From NCBI RefSeq assembly GCF_022045235.1, contig NW_027266286.1, forward strand, positions 40,858,001 to 40,922,000: DNA of 64,000 nucleotides. Reading direction: 5' to 3'. How positions within the stretch are numbered: the stretch's first letter is position 1; the number at the start of each line of letters is the position of its first letter. Below are positions 58,083 through 64,000 of the stretch, piece after piece. Source of the DNA: Haliotis cracherodii (lineage: Eukaryota). The notes below the pieces were generated by a model, which was given only the letters and a program-made list of their open reading frames with translations, ran no database searches and had not been told where the DNA came from. Both the position numbers and the translations under genes were made by a program.

Positions 58083-61000
58083 ATGAATTCACACATCACT
58101 TTCAGCTTGTCAGTGTTAGTCCTGTTGCTATGGGAGGCTTCGACAGCACAAAGTGAACATATTAATCGCATCTTTGAAGAGGAAGTTTCGAGCAAAGGTG
58201 AAAAAGCAAAACCCTTATTTATAGCTCGAAATAAAATTACCGTAATTGACGCAATTAGCGTTCCAGTCTGCGACATTCAGCGGTATAACCAGTCTGCACA
58301 TCTATGCATAACGTCCATCCAATCCAATACCAAAATAAACACTAGGCAGGGGACCTGTGTGTGTGTGTATTGTGTGTGTGTTAATTAGGACTGTATCCTA
58401 GGTATCAAGGTATAAGATTCTATAGAATTGTGTACCTTTATCTGGAAGTTGGCATTGCCACATGATAGTTGTTAGAAGCCCAAGTATATCTTGTACCTTT
58501 TTCAACACATCTAACATCGCTGTAAAATTACAGAGCAAGTTGAACCAATTGTTCAACCAATAATACACTTATATATATTTATCCATAAGTAATGGTAATC
58601 TTTATTGACAAATAAAACATCATGAGTAAAACATGGCAGCACTTCCAGGTTACATCAAAACATGCCTATCATTGTTGGATTAAAGGAATCTGCTCACAAT
58701 AAGCTAAACTAGCTTGAGGTGAGAGTGGCCCTTTGTTGTTTTTGTGAAGTGGACAGACTAAATAGTGACTGCTGCCTAATAAGGTACATGCATCCTGTAC
58801 ATAATTTGTCACAATTGTAATCAATCATTGCTGGTAAAATACATTTCAATTTGTCATCATATGCACATGTTGTGTTCTCAATTCCTCGTGTATGCAATCA
58901 TATTGCTATTTCTCCATAATTCTGTTACTTGATCTGTCTGGATGTGGATGCCTCTCTATCTTGAAGTTACCAAACAGTCCCGCTGTGTTCCAGATAACAC
59001 GGTTCGACTGTATAGTTTTTAATGTATGCACAAACTTTTGATATTATTTTCAGCCAATAAGTCATCAGCTGAAGATCCCAGCATCTTGTTCGCCTCCTAC
59101 TATGGGAATCACATGGTTCTACAAAGGGCACCGAAACAGGCAGTCATCTGGGGGTACTCACCAAACATCGGAGAGGTCATCAAGGTCAAGGTGGAAGGTC
59201 AGGAGACAGTGTCAGCCACAGTTTACAAGGACAACATCTATGGTGTCGGCATCTGGAAGGTGACCTTGCCCCCAGTGTCCCAGCCAGGACCGTTTACAAT
59301 CACAGCTTCATCAGCCTTGGAGGCAATCACCCTGACTGATGTCCTGTTTGGGGATGTCTGGATCTGCTCAGGCCAGTCCAATATGCAGTTCACTGTTGAC
59401 AAGGTGAGTTCCGATTAAAGGGTGCTTGTAAAAAACCTTTTACAGTTCTTCCCAAAATATTAAACAGAGGTTTCCTTGTGTTTCCATTGGCTACCAAACA
59501 AAATACTTTAGCTTTAAGGCCAAAATGACAAATTCTGAGGACTTATTGGCATGCAACTAAGTATGGATTATGTTGTGTAATGCCACATCTTTAGAACAAT
59601 CAGTTCAGAATTCCCATTTGTAAACAGCACTGAAAAATTACTGTCTGGCTATACATTTCCCAGAAACAACCACTGTTCAGTCAAAGCTGCATGGGGACAC
59701 AACATTCCGTGGTTGGCTGGTATTGTTTTGCTACAGGAAAGTACTATAGTAGAGTTATTAGTCTGCCAGACAAGTGATTGAGTAACTGCAACACTGCATG
59801 TGTGTGTGTCCCTTCAGATATTCAATGGCTCTGCTGAACTGGCTGATGCTGCCAACTATCCTCACATTCGTCTGTTTGATGTCTCTCTCAAGTATTCTCC
59901 TGTAGAAACACTGGACCTACTCTCCATCAATGAGGGCTGGACACTACCAAGCAAAAGTAAGAATTCCCACATAGATAAGTACATATGTATATGTGAGAAT
60001 TATTGATTATTTTATTTTATGAAACTATGTTTAAAATAGACATGAAACAATATTTGTCATTAAGAACTTGTTTGTTTCTTTGTTGTTTAATGCCGCACTC
60101 AGCAATATTCCAGCTATATGACGACAGCCTGTAAATAATCGAGTATGGACCAGACAATCCTATGATTGACATCATGAGCATCGATCCATGCAATTGGGAT
60201 ACGATGACATGCATCGACCAAGTCAGCAAGTCTGACCACCCGATCCCGTAAGACTCCTCTTTCAACAAGCATAGTCTCCTGTTATGGCAGTCATGGGTTG
60301 CTGAAGACCTATTCTCTACCCGGACCTTCACAGGTCCAGTAAGAATTTGAGTTCTATATATTACAATATATTGTAATAGGTCAAAACAAACATTGTATTG
60401 GTATAACAATATGTCACTGTTTGTATTCTTATTCATACATGATTGTGATGATTTTTTTAGAGGCATTTAGAAGTTGGAGTACTAAGTAAGGATAAGATTC
60501 ATGGATGAACAACTTCTTTATTACAGTTAGGAGCGACGCTTCAGTCTAGGTTCTGACACTGTTATCGGGCACTTATGATTGTGATGGCTAATTTTTATAA
60601 TGATGACAAAATGGAAGTGAAGTTTAAACAAACATTTGTGCAGGACAAATGGACAGGTCTTGTTCAAATATCTTCGAAAAGCATGGGCGTGAGGACAGCT
60701 GGTGACTGTTGTTACTGCTACGATGTTCAACATGCTACCTTTGACGGTTGTAATGAGGATGCTGGATTTGATTGTGTTGTTGATGATGGTGATGATGATT
60801 CATTAAAGTTACTTGCTCCTAATTCTTGTGTCGTCACATCTCACAATAGTTGAGTCACGATAAGATATGTATCAGTTTCCATAAAAAGTGCCATTTTTGC
60901 ATAACTTTTCCCATGTTCCATGTGGCCAAGGTCACCCAAAGTCTTATATCAGTTTGGTCAGTTTGAGTTTAATACTACTAACGTCTGTCTGTCTCTAGGG

Positions 61001-63471
61001 ACACTAGCTGATGGTACTGGAGTGTATTTCTCCGCGGTGTGCTGGTTGTATGGCAAATATCTCTACCAGGAACTTGGATATCCGATTGGATTGATCGACA
61101 CGTCGTACGGCGGAACCCCCATCGAGGCCTGGTCATCAAGAGATGCCTTAGGCCAGTGTGGACTTTCCTCTACAGAGATTGTGGAATCCTTCATGCACAT
61201 GTATGAGAATATTTATAGAAATATGTCTACTGTTGCTATATTGATATTATTAAGATCAAGGTTGGATTAGGGATCTTTTTTTGACCACTGGTTATGTCAA
61301 ATATTAGAGTTATGTAATACTTTAAAATGTACATATGAAAATCACAAAAGGTTTTCAAACGACTGAGAGCTGTTTGTCTCAATTAGACATGTAACATTTT
61401 GACTTCTGACTTCTGAGGTGAAATGGGGTTTAACGTTGCAACAAAGACTATTGCACTTACATAGCGACATGCGTGCATGCGTGTATGAATTATTGTTTAC
61501 AAAAATGCTTACAATTCATATGTATTTAATATTCAGTTTTTCCATATATTAACTTGCATGATTTGCAAAAGGGATTTCTTTGACAATAATTTTCATTCTC
61601 TTTCGCATATACAAAATTGTAAAAAATCTGTACATCAAAAGAAAATAATAAGAATTTGCCACAAGTCACAAGTGTGTAGTGACTATTGTCAGCATCACTG
61701 TTTCCCCCTCAGTGATGACGGTGAGAGGGACACACCTGGCTACAGGAACCAGCTCACCCCTACCCAGCTGTGGAACTGCATGATCCACCCTCTACTCAAC
61801 ATGACCATATATGGAGCCATCTGGTACCAAGGTACTGTTAGGTTTGTCATACATATCCACATGCTGAGTATGTCGGATCAGCAGATAACAATTTAGCCAT
61901 GGAGTATGGCCTAGTTGGATATATAGAGGTTATCACACAACTTTGTTAGGGGATGATAATATCCTGTGTTAGGAATAAACATTGTATTTAGCAAGCCTTG
62001 GCGCTCTAAATACATAGTGTTTATTCCTAATACAGGATATTTACCAATAATTAAATTTTCGTTGTGTTCATGGAAATTCCTGCATTCTGATTAGCTGAAT
62101 TGGTCACGTGTTATTGCATTCATTTCCCAATGAATGTAAAAAATTAAGCCACGCCCACCGCTGCACACTACTTTTATTACTGCGGAATGTCGGGGAATCC
62201 CAATATTACAGTCGAGGGAATTCCCTTTCTGCTCACGTGTATCGTCATGCAGAGGACATTTAGCGACTTTCATGCATATTCATTGTCCAAACTACCCTTT
62301 GAAACCGAAGGCCGAGAATGAATGAAACATCAAACGTGCAGGCTCGCTCGCCAGTTTTTTTTCCTGCTCGCCTCGGTTGAACTTTCATGTCTTCGCGTTT
62401 CATTTCTAACTAGCATTTCTCCAACTGTTTTACCGTAATCAGAGAAGTAATGTTTGAATCACGCAGTAAATGACCATGTTATTTGAAACAGCCGCCTTCT
62501 CTCGGACATATTTCTTCCGGTTCGTTACAGTCTGACTGTTGCAAGTCTTTTCGCCTCTTGCCTTAATTGACAGGTCCAATGAACATTGTTTTAATCCCAC
62601 TCTCCGTTGATTGGCTACTGACTGTGTAGGCGTGTCAAGTTATGTGCATAAATTAAACGATCACCTGATTCATGTCACGCCACTGTATGTATTCCTACAC
62701 CTGGAATGTTCATCAATGCCGTCATTTTTGTCTGTTTTGAAATATGCAACTGTTTGGGGTTAAACTATTGTAGATAAAACATGTTTTACGTTTAATTATA
62801 AGCATTGACTGTGTATTTTTTTCGGTTCATTGAGGTCGAAAAACCGATGTGCAAACTGTATGAATCCGCGTAGCACAATCAATCCTTAATTGGCTTTATC
62901 CTCCCGAAAAACCTATCCATTATATGAGAAACAGAAATTATTAGCTGAGCGTGTTTCCGTATCATAAATGTCATGTACATGTATGAGGAATAGGACTTGT
63001 ATCATATGTGAGCACTACTTGAGCACCTGAATTGGAAACATGAAAAGATTTGCAAAATATCTGTCAATGCCCAGTTGGTAGTACACATGCTTTGCAAATC
63101 CTTCAACCTGAGATCTGTGTTGTTTGTGAACTGGATTTATGGTTCGTCACACAATTTTGATTGGACTCTGCAGGATGGCCTCGGGAGGATGGGTTATAAG
63201 TTATTTTACACCTGTAGTTCACCAGTGTGGGCAGGGAATGGATGGTTCTTGAGTCATTTTGTATCCAGTGGGTTATAAAGCACAGTTTAATGAATCGGAA
63301 TATTAAGAATTTTCCATACCGTCCCATGCAGGAGAGAACAATGCCATGCCTGGCGCCAACACCCACAAGTACAACTGCACCTTCCCTGCCATGATCTCAG
63401 ACTGGAGACTCAAGTTCAACCAGGGCTCACTCGGACAGACTGACAAACTTTTCCCTTTTGGATTTGTTCAG
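58083..63471 (+). CDS. SIAE: Sialate O-acetylesterase-like protein, tandem copy 5 (subfamily B), 3'-partial (continues past window end)
   Basis: Exons join(58083-58197,59054-59403,59818-59956,60999-61200,61713-61831,63332-63471); frame open. Signal-like MNSHITFSLSVLVLLLWEASTA. Motifs GQSNM, SYGGTPIEAWS, WYQGENN, FPFGFVQ. The last three exons are expected beyond 64000. Confidence 0.9.
60071..60336 (-). mobile_element. V-domain (RUDI-like) SINE with TSD, in intron 3 of copy 5
   Basis: Reverse complement starts GACCTGTGAAGGTCC. Flanked by ca(t/g)taagaa(c/t)ttg at 60058-60070 and 60337-60349. Confidence 0.85.
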
Positions 63472-63812
63472 GTAACTGAAACTGCTGGGCTGTGTATCCT
63501 GCTGTGTATGATCAACAAGGGCTGAGTCAACCTTCAAGGCTTGTCGTATACAATAAGCATTAGTTTCCCAAATCTGTTTTCACCACTTGCTCAGGAAACC
63601 TGGGATAGAAAATAGTTTTGGTCCTCTTCTTTAGCAGAAACACTGTCAAAACAGTGTATACTTTAAGTTACAACGCAATCATTCTTGCACTTTAGTAGCA
63701 CTAAGAAAAACATAATAGAAAGACTGCTTGCTGGGATTTGTTTGATTTCCTCAAAGATACCCGCTATTCCTTTTTCTGGAATAAAATGTTTTATGAGGTA
63801 AATGACTAAGTC

Positions 63813-63886
63813 CAATCTCATTAAAATCAGATCTTAGTTCTCGCTACCTCTAAACAAAGAACTAAGATCTGATTTTAATGAGATTG
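63813..63886. mobile_element. 74-bp mini-MITE with 29-bp perfect TIRs and 9-bp TSD (Mutator-like)
   Basis: CAATCTCATTAAAATCAGATCTTAGTTCT...AGAACTAAGATCTGATTTTAATGAGATTG, flanked by GACTAAGTC at 63804-63812 and 63887-63895. Confidence 0.8.
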
Positions 63887-64000
63887 GACTAAGTCCTACT
63901 GACCAATTTTTAAAAAAAGATGGGGAGCTATGAATTATATTACACAAGATGTTCTTATTGCCTACTACACCAATTTCTCACTATACTACAAAGCCCTCAC

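Noticed and set aside
4591-63471. Horizontal transfer from bacteria (NanS/SASA esterases are common in bacteria and phage)
   Set aside because: The proteins follow the animal SIAE motif series (IRWHQTAD.GYVPN, TFMAVAMDL, RYAW...PC), and intron positions are conserved across copies.

Overview
AT-rich animal genomic DNA with spliceosomal GT-AG introns. The SINE complement (Meta/MESC-like and V-domain/RUDI-like) suggests a mollusc, possibly a gastropod such as abalone; this is an inference. The window is a head-to-tail (+ strand) tandem array of five sialate O-acetylesterase-like (SIAE; SGNH/SASA hydrolase) genes that I assembled exon by exon. Copy 1 spans 4591-9593 (8 exons, ~532 aa), copy 2 11380-17904 (8 exons, ~526 aa), copy 3 20157-28588 (8 exons, ~537 aa) and copy 4 30607-52310 (9 exons, ~570 aa). 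Copy 5 starts at 58083 and runs off the window after six exons. All copies have a signal-peptide exon and the catalytic GQSNM motif, and the four complete ones have uninterrupted spliced frames. They form two subfamilies (1-3 vs 4-5) that differ in one intron, the N-terminal extension and active-site-proximal residues, with patchy exon-restricted homogenisation. Introns and spacers hold a 47-bp minisatellite (~62 copies), a TIR-bounded transposon inflated by a 71-bp satellite (~78 copies, with a 19-mer higher-order duplication), three SINE families, decayed LINE, mariner, Tc1 and Gypsy fragments, several MITEs and one N gap. No CRISPR, rRNA or prokaryotic genes are supported.
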